The notes under the pieces are model-generated. The model did no database searches. It saw only the letters and a list, made by a program, of their open reading frames with translations, and was not told the origin of the DNA. A program made the position numbers and the translations under genes. A DNA stretch of 61,201 bases, filler included, from Nemertoderma westbladi (lineage: Eukaryota; Animalia; Xenacoelomorpha), in the NCBI GenBank assembly GCA_032718475.1. It is 3 parts of 3 records of this genome, joined end to end, with 100 filler letters (N's around TTAATTAATTAA, not from the genome) between each part and the next. Parts side by side here need not be neighbours in the genome. Positions count along the whole stretch, not along the records: positions 45,670 to 61,201 come from JAUCBJ010002787.1; 2 more parts are not named here. One strand, written 5' to 3'. Position 1 is the stretch's first letter; each line of letters starts with the position of its first letter. Positions 51,221 to 61,201 of the stretch are shown here, piece by piece.

Positions 51221-51755
51221 ACAACGAAAATTTCCCAAAGAAGATGGTTGAATGTAGTTCGGAAATGATGAAAAGAAACAGACAACCCTACTATAAACTG
51301 AATGATGACGCGTATGATGATGAAAATGTAATGATGCGCACCCTGGTGTTTGTGCTTATAACAAATGATGATAGCCGGGGGGCTATAACCACAATGAAAT
51401 GGTGGAATAAATGATGAAATGTGGAAATAAATGATGAAATGTGGAAATAAATAATGAAATGTGAAATGAATAATGAAATGAGAAATAAAAAAGACAAAAA
51501 AAAAGTATAAAATGTAGAGAGGAAAAGAATTTGAAAAAGAAGCGGACATAAAAAGTAAAAAACTGGTTGGATAATAATGTATAGCTATAGTAACTGTAAA
51601 TACTGAATGTAGTAGCAATAAGATGGTAGATGCCTATATAGCAATAATAATAAACTGAATTACAAATAACTGAATTATTCTGCAGTCGCTATAGAATCAG
51701 ACTTTCTGGATTTATAACTAACTGATTTAAATTTGCAACAGACATAATTTAAAAT

Positions 51756-54316
51756 ATGGACTCAAATCGCCAGATTCTCGGCGAATTACGTAACACACTC
51801 GATTTATTGGATTATCCACAACCTGGATCTCCTAACTTTGATACAAATGGAACGCCCTATTAAAAGAGAATGTGCAAGTCGTTAAATTCTCCAGGTGGGA
51901 GGAACCGGATTCCCGTAATCTACAAGAGCTCCGGTTGTCCGATGTTAATACGAGCCTGAAAAGGACTCGGAATGCAAAGGCAACCGGAGGAGAGGAGTTA
52001 TCGTTCTGGGATGCGTTTCGGCGAAGCGTCTACAAATCCCAGTGCTTGATATACGACAACAAGGGAAATGCGACGCCCACCTCGAAGGTGATTATGTTGG
52101 CGCGATGTCAAAGTTTTGTCGACGACAAGAGTACATACCTCGCCTACTATATCAGTCATCCAAAACCGCGACGACTACCAGGAGAAGTATGGGACAAAGG
52201 AATACGGTCGATCATTGGTCGTCGTCCTCAGAACCCTAGATGGTTTAGTGTTGATATTTCGAATCTTCCCGACACCCAAACAGGAGGTGCGGACAGCCGG
52301 AGCGGTCTGGCTATTACCACTGGAGATTCAACAGATCCTATTCGATTTCGATATTATTAAGATTGGGTCGGATATAAAGGCGGATATCCAGAACGACTAC
52401 GCTAACGCTCCCTTCGGAAGAAACCGTCGAGAAGACCTTAAAGCAATTAGTCACTTCGTTGACACCCAAACCCTGTTAGCCTGGTTGCGGTGCACAGAAT
52501 TCATGGGTGGATTCAGGGAAGTGAGACCGACCAAATCCGGTATCGGCTACCTTGCGGTGTTAAACGGCGGTGTAGACTTTAAACCGCAGAAGTTTCTGGA
52601 CTATAACAAGATATATGGTGCATATCCAGAATTAGAGATAAAGAATGAGCGGGACAATCGTTGGAGGGATGTAGAAAGAGAGTGGACGATCCACCAAAAA
52701 TGTGAGAATCCGGATCGACGGAACTTTATCTACGTCACAATGGAATCATATACGGTTGCCAAGTTCATCTGTAAGACTCTCGATAAACTCATTAATGCGG
52801 TTCGTAGATCCTTCATCGACTATGAGTGGAACGAAGTTATCGACCACGCGTTCAAGGCGGTAGAGAATATCCCACCAGGAGATACCAAAACGCACAACGT
52901 TATCGCATCCTGGGATGATAACGGACCGTTCGACATCCCAACGATTGCTGATCTCCTCGGTGCAGAGGAACCATTGATATCATCGGATGGGGAGGAATTA
53001 TGGTTACAAGAAGGTGTCTTGCTATCCACCCCAAAACGACAACTCGAACCGGAAGTCGCTTACGGACCAGCCACCAAGCGGATCGCCACGGCTGAACCTG
53101 CAACGGAGGCGGGCGTAACCAACCCGCTTGGCTCTGGCAGTCCCACTAGAGAGTTAGTAACCACCTTCGCGCTTAGCGACTTCGGCAACACATGCCAGAG
53201 GTTGTCTCCATATCCGTTCCCGGGAGGAGAAGACTGGTCTTCGGAGATCCCGAGTACCAGTACCCAGCGGACCCGCTCAGCTATCCAGGTTGCGAAGGGT
53301 CCCAGCGTAGCTCCAACCCCTGTAGACCTCCTCGGAAATCCTTCGGCGAATGCCCCGGCACCCCTTCGCCGACCGGCTGTGGCGACGGCACCCTCCGTCC
53401 CACAAGACCCTATGAGACTCACCCGGTGGTACGCCGAACAAACAGAGTGGATCCACCATCAGAAACGGGCACCCGGGATGCGACCAGCGGGATATAAGGA
53501 AGGATACCGGAGCGAGATCATACTCCGCAAAAGCCCAGCGTTCCGTGGGCTACCGGTTACCGCAATCATCCCCAAAAGTGATCGGCGATTGGAGTACTAC
53601 GCCAGCGTACTGATTCCGATATTTTTTGGTCGGGAGATGCAGCTTGATGTTTGTGGAAACTGCGGTTCGGAACAGTGTCCACGCGGAAGGAGACATCGAG
53701 TTACCAAATCGTGTCTACAGATCCTTGGGATACTCTACTGTCCCTATTGCGCTATATCGGGCCACGACGTATTGGTTTGTCCAACCCTCTACAACCTCTG
53801 CTCAAAATGCTGTTTCCGTGGACATTCCGCGAGCCCGCAATGTAACATTAAAAGTCCCACTAAGGACGCGACGGCCATGGGGAATATAGTAATGTTCGAA
53901 ACATACGCCAATAACCACGTAAGGACCAAAGCGCGTATAAGCACTCGAAATGTTGCACAAGAGATGGCATGGCGTGTGGATATTTCTCGTTCCCAGAACG
54001 CCTCCATACGGCAACAACACTGCCCTTCCATTATGTGGATTTACTATTGAGCGCCGGTTTATTTGGTCCCTTCGAGATCCTCAGACGTCTATACTCGTAC
54101 AAAGAAGCATTTGGCGATGGAGAGTGGTTTAAAGAGGCCCGCATCACCGAGTTGGAGAGACGTACGGACATGATCCCACTACCATCCACAGGAAGAGCTG
54201 CCAGGAGACAAGCTGCAGCGATGCTTGCGATGGACGATGATGCTCCCCTACCTGCACTGGCGATCGATGAGAGTAGATGGGCGAAGAAAAGGAAAGCGTA
54301 TCAGAGTAGAAAATAG
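51756..54316 (+). pseudogene. Frameshifted intronless ORF: WRN/RNase D-like DEDDy 3'-5' exonuclease domain, Pro-rich linker, and Cys-rich region with CCHC knuckles
   Basis: LPLEIQQILFDFDIIKIGSDIKAD, FVDTQ, KSGIGYLA..GVDFK, IYVTMES; CPYCAISGHDVLVC and CSKCCFRGH; three overlapping ORFs (51872, 52116, 53969). Confidence 0.65.
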
Positions 54317-54484
54317 AAGACCAGGATATTCTATGGACATTTATATCGAACATTTATTTTTATATCTACATAAACTAACTCCAGGACAAATTAATCAGGA
54401 CTATGCAATATTAAAAATTGAGTTTTTATATGGGGAAATGACCTATGCAAACTCGATCTACCAATAGACCTCACGAAGGTCATT

Positions 54485-54500
54485 GGGGGGGGGGGGGGAC
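54485..54500 (+). other. Polypurine tract preceding the LTR
   Basis: Poly-G run then AC, immediately before TGTT. Confidence 0.65.
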
Positions 54501-55910
54501 TGTTCGCGGTATTTCAGTTTTTCATAACGCGAGTTAAATATTTTTCGGATTTATTTATTATGAATATACTAATATCAGTACTGGGTGCGGGAACATGGAA
54601 TTTGGGTATATTCAATGGACTGGGGGCGATTTTCGGGCGAATATTGGGGCGACTTAGGGGGCATGGGACTCATATCAGATATTTAAGGGCCAAGGATGGG
54701 AGGTAAAATCAAGCAGTACTCAGGTTTACCTCATACTAATTAGGCCTAGCCAACCTCCTACTGCCTGTAGAGGTAGTTTTGGTAACCCGCTAGGCCTTGG
54801 GACAAGGACTGTCCTTAGCGGTTCCTGGCCAACAGCAGTTATTACGAGCCTGAAAAGGATTCGGAAAGCGTGCTGATTGCGTCAGGGATTTGCGACGGGA
54901 ACTGACAGATCCTTAGCGTTCCCTGGTCACCGACAGTGATTGCGAGCCTGAAAGGGACTCGGAAAGCTTTCTGACTGCGCCAGGGACTTGCGACGGATCG
55001 ATCGACTGGACGAAGGAAGGGTTCGACGAGGACTGACTTCCTGGAGTGGGTTCCACGACCGGCGTTACTACGAGCCTGAAAGGGACTCGGAAAGCTCCGA
55101 CAGTTGGGACTCACAACGGGCTGACAGACCCCTAGCCAAGCCATACCGCTTTCCTGATGACTGATCCCTTTGGGGTTCGGGAAGGGTGGGACGGACACGC
55201 AACAGGGTCGAAAGACAAAGGACTGGACTCTACTGGCCTACCGACTATTCGGAGCAGCTTCTCGGCTACCGAAGCAACTACGATCCTGAAAAGGATTCGG
55301 AAAGCTTAGGTGGTTGGGACCCTGCGATGAACTGACAGACCCCTAGCCAAGCCGTACTGCTTTCCTGATGACCGATCCCTTCGGGGTTCGGGAAAGGTGG
55401 GACGGACACGCAACAGGGTCTACCGACCTGACCGACCCTTAGCCAAGCCGTACCGCTTTCCTGATGACCGATCCCTTCGGGGTTCGGGAAGGGTGGGACG
55501 GACACGCAACAGGGTCGACTGACACTGACACTACGGTACCGGGACTAGGACCGAGGGAAAATGGGGATCATTAGTTAGGTTAAAATCTAAAAGCGAACAG
55601 TGGGTAATTAAGTAATGTACTGTAGGAATTTATATGTTCGTGTATTATTGTGAATATTTGGTATATTGGTGTGGGGAAGCCCAAATTATTCTCAATCAAG
55701 GTTCAGTATTGAACAAGGTTCAACTGTAGAAAAGTTACATTTAAAGATTATATCCAACCAATGCGACTTTTTCTCTTCTGCAATCTTGCATCTCAGATAA
55801 AGACTCCTTCTCCACTCCCAATATCCGGTGACTGGCCGGAATCCAGTGGTCTGAAAATTCCGCCACCAGCATCGGCGTTTTCCCCCCTGGTGTTGGGAAT
55901 AACGGCAACA
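54501..55910 (+). mobile_element. Long terminal repeat (3' LTR, BEL/Pao-like ends)
   Basis: Starts TGTTCGCGGTATT and ends AATAACGGCAACA (imperfect inverted ends); abrupt switch to LINE sequence at 55911; internal modular repeats. Confidence 0.7.
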
Positions 55911-58690
55911 AATGATGTATAATGGGAATATATGACGTAGTTTGTAAAATATACCTTCAGTTTTAGAAATTTTTGATAGTATATATTTTATGTGTGTTTG
56001 CCAATTTAATTTAAAATCTACTTATATTAGATTCCTAAGAATTTAGTACTATTTGTAAGTGTTTTATATTTTGGTTGCTAATTTTTAATCTGGGGTATGT
56101 CATGAGAATTTTTTACTACGTTGGAATATACAGTGGTTTCAGTTTTGTTTAGATTTAGTGATAGACGATTTTCAATCAGCCAATCAGCAACGTTAACGTT
56201 TAATTCAGAATTAATATTATTAGTTAGATGAGTTATATTGTTGCCGGATTTGAAGAGTGAGTGTCGTATCATCAGCGAATAGAGTTGATAGTAGGGTAGT
56301 GGCGTTAGGTAGATTATTAACATAAAGGAGGAAAAGTAAGGGAGAGATAACTCCTCCTTGTGGGAGCCCACAATGGGGGAGGAGTACAGAGGAGCAGTGG
56401 GAGTCTACGGATACGTACTGTAGTCGGGATGATAGGAATCTAGTAATTAGTTTTAGAAGGAGCCTGGGTACACCATAGCATTCTAGTTTATTTAGTATGA
56501 TTTTATGGTTGATTGTATCGAAGGCCTTTTTCAGATCATTGTAAATAGCGCGTTGTGTGTTTCTGGTCTTCTAGTGCTTTATTAATTTTATCAATTACTG
56601 AGAGGAGGGCATGCAATGTGGATGTTTTAGGGCGAAAACCATATAGAGAATTTGTCAGGATGAAGTATTTGGAGATGTAGGCAAGATTGTAATCGCGAAT
56701 TTATTATTTGTTCAAATGTTTACTTAAAAACGGGAGGTGTGAAATGGGGCGATAATTGTTTGGGTCCATTGGATCTTCGGTTTTAAAGGATGGAATAATT
56801 TTAACTATTTGCGGTGATTTGAGGAAAGATCCCTAGGTTATAGAGTGGTTTATAAAGCTACTTAGATTGATAGATATAGGTTTAGCTGCCAGTAGAAGGA
56901 GTTTGGTAGAGAAATTGTCGATGGTTGCTGATTTAGGATTAATATGTAAGAGTAAATACTCTACTTCTATGGGCGAAGTTTCTGTTAAAGAGAATGAATT
57001 AGGTCATCAATTAGATTGAGGAATGTGGCATAGCGGGGAGCGATTAGAGGTCGGTATTGTATTATTTAATTTAGTACCCATAGTAACTAAGTGTTCGTTT
57101 AGGAAGTGTGCGATTGTGGTACGATCTCGAGTGGTTTCTCTTTTATCATCTGTGTGGGTTAGGGTGGTTCAAAAGTTTTTTCGAATTTTCCATGTCTTTC
57201 CAGCTAAAAAAAGTATAAATTTGGCTTAAATATTAGTAATTTGAAAGTTTAAATCGATTTGAAGGATGTCTAGAGGTGTCACATCATGCCTAAAGTTCCT
57301 ATATTGGCATTGCATTTGGCGCAGCAACTACCCTATATATCCACCATTTTTGTCATGACCAACTTCTGCTATGCCTATTTCAATGATGTAGGGCTCATTC
57401 GAACCAGAATTATCGATTTAGTGGGGGTAGAAACGTTCAAAACAATAATAGAGTTATTCCTTCTCCAGATAATGTACATTAAGTAATGGATCATGGAATT
57501 CCAAATTGGCGTGTCACTTCTCGATTTGTGTTTCAATAAAAATCATACTTTCAATGACTTCACAGACTTGTGCTTAGAGTCAATCGAGCCACAATTATCC
57601 ATTTAGTGGGTGTAGAATCCTTCAAAACATGAGTAGAGTAATTAGTTTTCATGAGGTTGCACAAAAGGTGCAGGTTGGCTCAAATAAACATTAGCGTATG
57701 GTTGCGATGTAGGATTGTCATAAAGTTTTTGGTTCCAGTGACCTCACTGAGTAAAACATAGTTAAATTACAATAAATTGCTGTATTATCACATAAGCCAT
57801 ACACATTGGTCTTGAATGGTCTTGAGCAAAGCTTACGTTCATTTATATTAGTCCTATGTAAAATGTCAGTGAAGGTAGGCCCATGGCATGGGGTGCCCTG
57901 TTCATATAATTGAATGTAAGCTTTAATCAAGACAATTCTAAACAATATTGTGTATGGCTTATGTCATAATTCAATAACTTATCGTAATTTAACTGTGTTT
58001 TACTCAGTGAGGTCACTGGAAGCTAAAATTTTATGACAATCCTACATCGCAACCATATGCTAATGTTGAGTTGAGCCGACCTGCACCTTTTGTGCATCCA
58101 CATGAAAACTAATTACTCTACTGATGTTTTAAATGTTTCTACACCCACTAAATGTATGATTGTCTGATTGTAGCTCGATTGACACTAAGCACAAGTCTGT
58201 GAAGTCATTGGATGTATGATTTTTATTGAAACACAAATTGAGAAAGTGACACGCCAATTTTGAATTCCATGATCCAATACTTACTGTACATTATCTCGAG
58301 AAGGAATAATTATATTCTTGTTTTGAACGTTTCTACCCCCACTAAATCGATAATTCCGGTTTGAATGAGCCCTACATCATTGAAATAGGCATAGCAGAAG
58401 TTGGTCATGACAAAAATGGTAGTTATAGGGTAGTCGCGCCAAATGCGATGCCAATGTAGGAACTTCAGGCATGTTGTGACACCTCTAGACATCCTCCGAC
58501 TCGATTTAAACTTTCCAATTACTAATATTTGCCCCAAATTCACATTTTTAGCCGGTAAGACATGGACATTTCGAATGTTTAATTTTTTCAAGTATAATTT
58601 GAACCACCCTACTGTGTGTGTAGTTATTTGTTTAGGTATTGTTAATTTTTTAGATATATTAAGTGCTGAATTTATTATTAGCCACGTTTA
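55911..58690 (-). mobile_element. CR1/L2-group LINE RT fragment, decayed, split by a foldback element
   Basis: Minus strand reads NNYRPIS, YGFRPKTST, KAFDTINH, GLPQGGVISPLLFLLYVN, LFADDT; continues at 58612-58690. Confidence 0.85.
57160..58611. mobile_element. Palindromic foldback DNA element with arms of about 700 bp
   Basis: Ends TAGGGTGGTTCAAA/TTTGAACCACCCTA; flanks CTGTGTGGGT/CTGTGTGTGT; ORFs 57286(+) and 58310(-) mirror each other. Confidence 0.85.
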
Positions 58691-59850
58691 TCTTTGTTCA
58701 CTTCTTCAAGGCCTTTGATTCAGTCTCTCGCTCATGTATGTTCAGCATACTTTCATTATATGGGATTCCTGATGAAATTATGGCAGCAATCAGATCAGTA
58801 TACGATGGTTCGACAACATTTGTGTCTACTGTTGACGGTGACACAGAACCATTTGAAGTGTTATGGGGCGTCCTCCAGGGAGACACACTTGCACCTTTCC
58901 TGTTCATAATTGTGGTTGACTATGTCCTACGCATGTCCTTAGATCATCATAATGATGATGGGGTGTGATAACTCTACCTATTGGCTCCAGAAGTCGAGGA
59001 ATTCCTGCCAAGTACCTAACTGATCTAGACTTTGCTGATGACTTAGGAGTACTCTCAGAATCACTAGTGGGAGCCCAACGGCTCCTCAGCTCATTAGAAC
59101 ATGCTGCTTCTAGTGTTGGTCTTTTTATTAACTCCAGAAAGACCACAATTTTGACAGTTAACTTTGAAAGTCCTCGAGCAAGTCTCTGATCGGATGAGCA
59201 TAAGCTCAAAGGATGGTATGCTTGAGCATGTGGACGACTTCTGTTACCTGGGATCATGGATCCGGAAGTCAGGTGAGGACCTTCGAATACGTAAGGGAAA
59301 GGCATGGGCAGCCTTGAATAGGCTCTCCAGGATTTGGAAGTCACCGAGAATTAATCGGAAACTTAAGGTCTGATTATTTAGAGCAGCAGTAGTTCCAGTA
59401 CTCCTCTATGGGAGTCCATGCTGGGCTCTAACTGCTGAGGACACCAAATCTCTGGATGGCACATTCACAAGAATGCTATGCCGGGTTCATTGTGTCAAGT
59501 ACAATGCACACATCTCCAACCAGACACTATATAACATTGGAGGTGTCTCATTGGTTCCCCCAAGCTTGACACTAGAACCAAATTGCCTCCGCTTTGCAGG
59601 ACATTGCTTTGGCGTGAGGACCAGCCAGTGCATAATCTTGTACTTTGGCAGCCTCATGGAGTGAATAAGCATGGTGGTCAGCCCATGACTTTCTTGAGAC
59701 GCATCTTAAAGGACACTGGCATTGAAGATGCGGAAGATATAGCAAATGTCATGGGTAATAGGGAGTTGTGGTGGCGCAATTTTGTCGTCAAGCCAGCACA
59801 TCATTTTAAAAATGCAGCTGCAATGCAGCGTGCCGATCCTAGTAGTAATG
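58690..59850 (+). mobile_element. RTE-clade LINE fragment with RT domain, same family as 31577-32300
   Basis: FFKAFDSV, GVLQGDTLAPFLF, DLDFADD; nucleotide match to 31588-32295; stops and frameshifts. Confidence 0.9.
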
Positions 59851-60779
59851 ATTGAATTCACATCTCTTTGAAGTTGTGGGTTGAACCCCCGAATGGGGGG
59901 CCAATGCAGTTTTCGTTTCGGAACGACTGTTTCGAAGGATATAGCCAGGGCGCATCTCTACCTTGCATCCTTAAATGGCATAAAATAATAATGGAATCTC
60001 CTCTGGGGAGTGTAGTTCTTGTGGGACTGCACTGGAAATAAGTCGTGTGCGTAATCGCTGGCCTACGCCACAAGAAAATTTACTTTTTTTTACATTGGCA
60101 CGAGTTAAATAAGATACGATGCCTCAAGCCACAGATGCATCTAGCGACCAACCAGGCAACAGCTGGCATTGTCATGGTAATGAGTGATGTCATTGGTAAA
60201 GAGGATTACGATTGGAAGAAATAATGAAAGATAAGTAAATGCTGGTCTCTAACATCCCTGAAATTGACTGGTCTGTGATTGAATGAATGCAGAATTGAAA
60301 CCGTTGCAATATTTTTTTCTATTAGAATTTCAGGCCAGGGGATTACTATCATTATACTACTCTGGATACAGAGGCAGGTGGATAGAACAAAAACAATATA
60401 CGAAAATTAGCAAATTTTGAGGTTAGTAAAATAGTAGGTAACAGAGGTGAGTGGATAGAACCAAACCAATAAGCTACTGTAGTAACGTTCCAATTCATTA
60501 CGTCACCAAGCAGAGGAACAATAGGTAAAATTAATAACCCTTACCAGAAGTTGAACAATTTTTAATTGTTGAATCCTGAATATTTTTATGTTAGACGTAT
60601 AATGTGGTCAACACAAGTGGGGCCAACGTGGAGCAAAAGCTGCATGCCATCTTAGCGAACAATTATAATTATAATCTGGCTAGTTATATATTGACGTCTG
60701 ACACACACACTCACACTAGCACACAGACTTAGAAAACGGCCAACAGTTCGCTGATAGCTCGCAGTTTTGACTTGTCCCA

Positions 60780-60896
60780 CAGGCCGTTATTCAAGTATGA
60801 AATTAGACTAAGTATAAAGACTAATGGCGGTCAATCACAGCGATTTACACCAATTAGTGTTTACTTAGTCTAATTTCAGACTTGAATAACGGCCTG
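60780..60896. mobile_element. Small hAT-like MITE
   Basis: TIR CAGGCCGTTATTCAAGT(A/C)TGAAATTAGACTAAGTA; degenerate 8-bp flanks TTGTCCCA/TTGACCGC. Confidence 0.6.
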
Positions 60897-60986
60897 TTGA
60901 CCGCAGTATAGGTCTAACATAATTATTCTGGTCACTTTTGTTCTTAAATTTTTAATATGAACTGTAGGTCCTACAGTATGTATTAC

Positions 60987-61175
60987 CGTTACAATCAGGG
61001 GTGCAGTAGCCCCAACTCCCAGGGTCGTAGTTTCCATCCGGGCTGACTTCTGTCGCGCACCATGTCGATTCTCTATCTGTCAATGGACAATCTGTGTACT
61101 CGGTTCCTTGGTAGATGAATGGGAACTGACAGTTTCGAAACGGTCTCGCACCAGATGTTGTTCTGCACAAACTCG
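60987..61175 (-). CDS. Internal exon encoding one fibronectin type II domain
   Basis: CQFPFIYQGTEYTDC..WCATEV..GNY..SWGYC; TTTCCTTTGCAG acceptor and GTAATA donor; 189 nt, phase 1-1. Confidence 0.88.
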
Positions 61176-61201
61176 CTGCAAAGGAAACCCATATTAAAGG
61201 A

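Noticed and set aside
51199-51414. Possible integrase C-terminus upstream of the exonuclease ORF
   Set aside because: Resemblance too weak; no DDE or GPY/F motif visible
55360-55440. Hammerhead-like CTGATGA-stem-GAAA
   Set aside because: Only one of three copies has GAAA, and I could not build stems I and III with an NUH site; kept only as a structured hairpin

Overview
A repeat-dense stretch of an animal (invertebrate-like) nuclear genome with two scaffold gaps. Host genes: an intronless TRIM/RBCC gene (minus), the first two coding exons of calnexin (plus), one fibronectin type II exon of another gene (minus) and a decayed Aurora-kinase copy. The rest is nested mobile DNA, much of which can be resolved by target-site duplications (TSDs). 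It includes CR1/L2-type, RTE and CRE-type non-LTR retrotransposon fragments, a tRNA-derived SINE, and Kolobok-, piggyBac-, Harbinger-, P- and MULE-like non-autonomous DNA elements. There is also a cluster of CAGT-ended elements with 5-bp TSDs and several minisatellites. Four observations stand out. (1) An LTR retrotransposon 3' end carries an extra ORF with a WRN/RNase D-like DEDDy exonuclease plus CCHC zinc knuckles, followed by an LTR built from repeated tetraloop hairpins. (2) A CRE-type retrotransposon has an N-terminal Ulp1/SUMO-protease domain. (3) A Helentron-like interspersed element carries arrays of CTCF-like motifs and is bounded by ACA/TGT at every intact end. (4) The terminal motif of that element recurs as the tandem unit of an unrelated foldback element. 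All family assignments come from motif recognition by eye; no database search was run.
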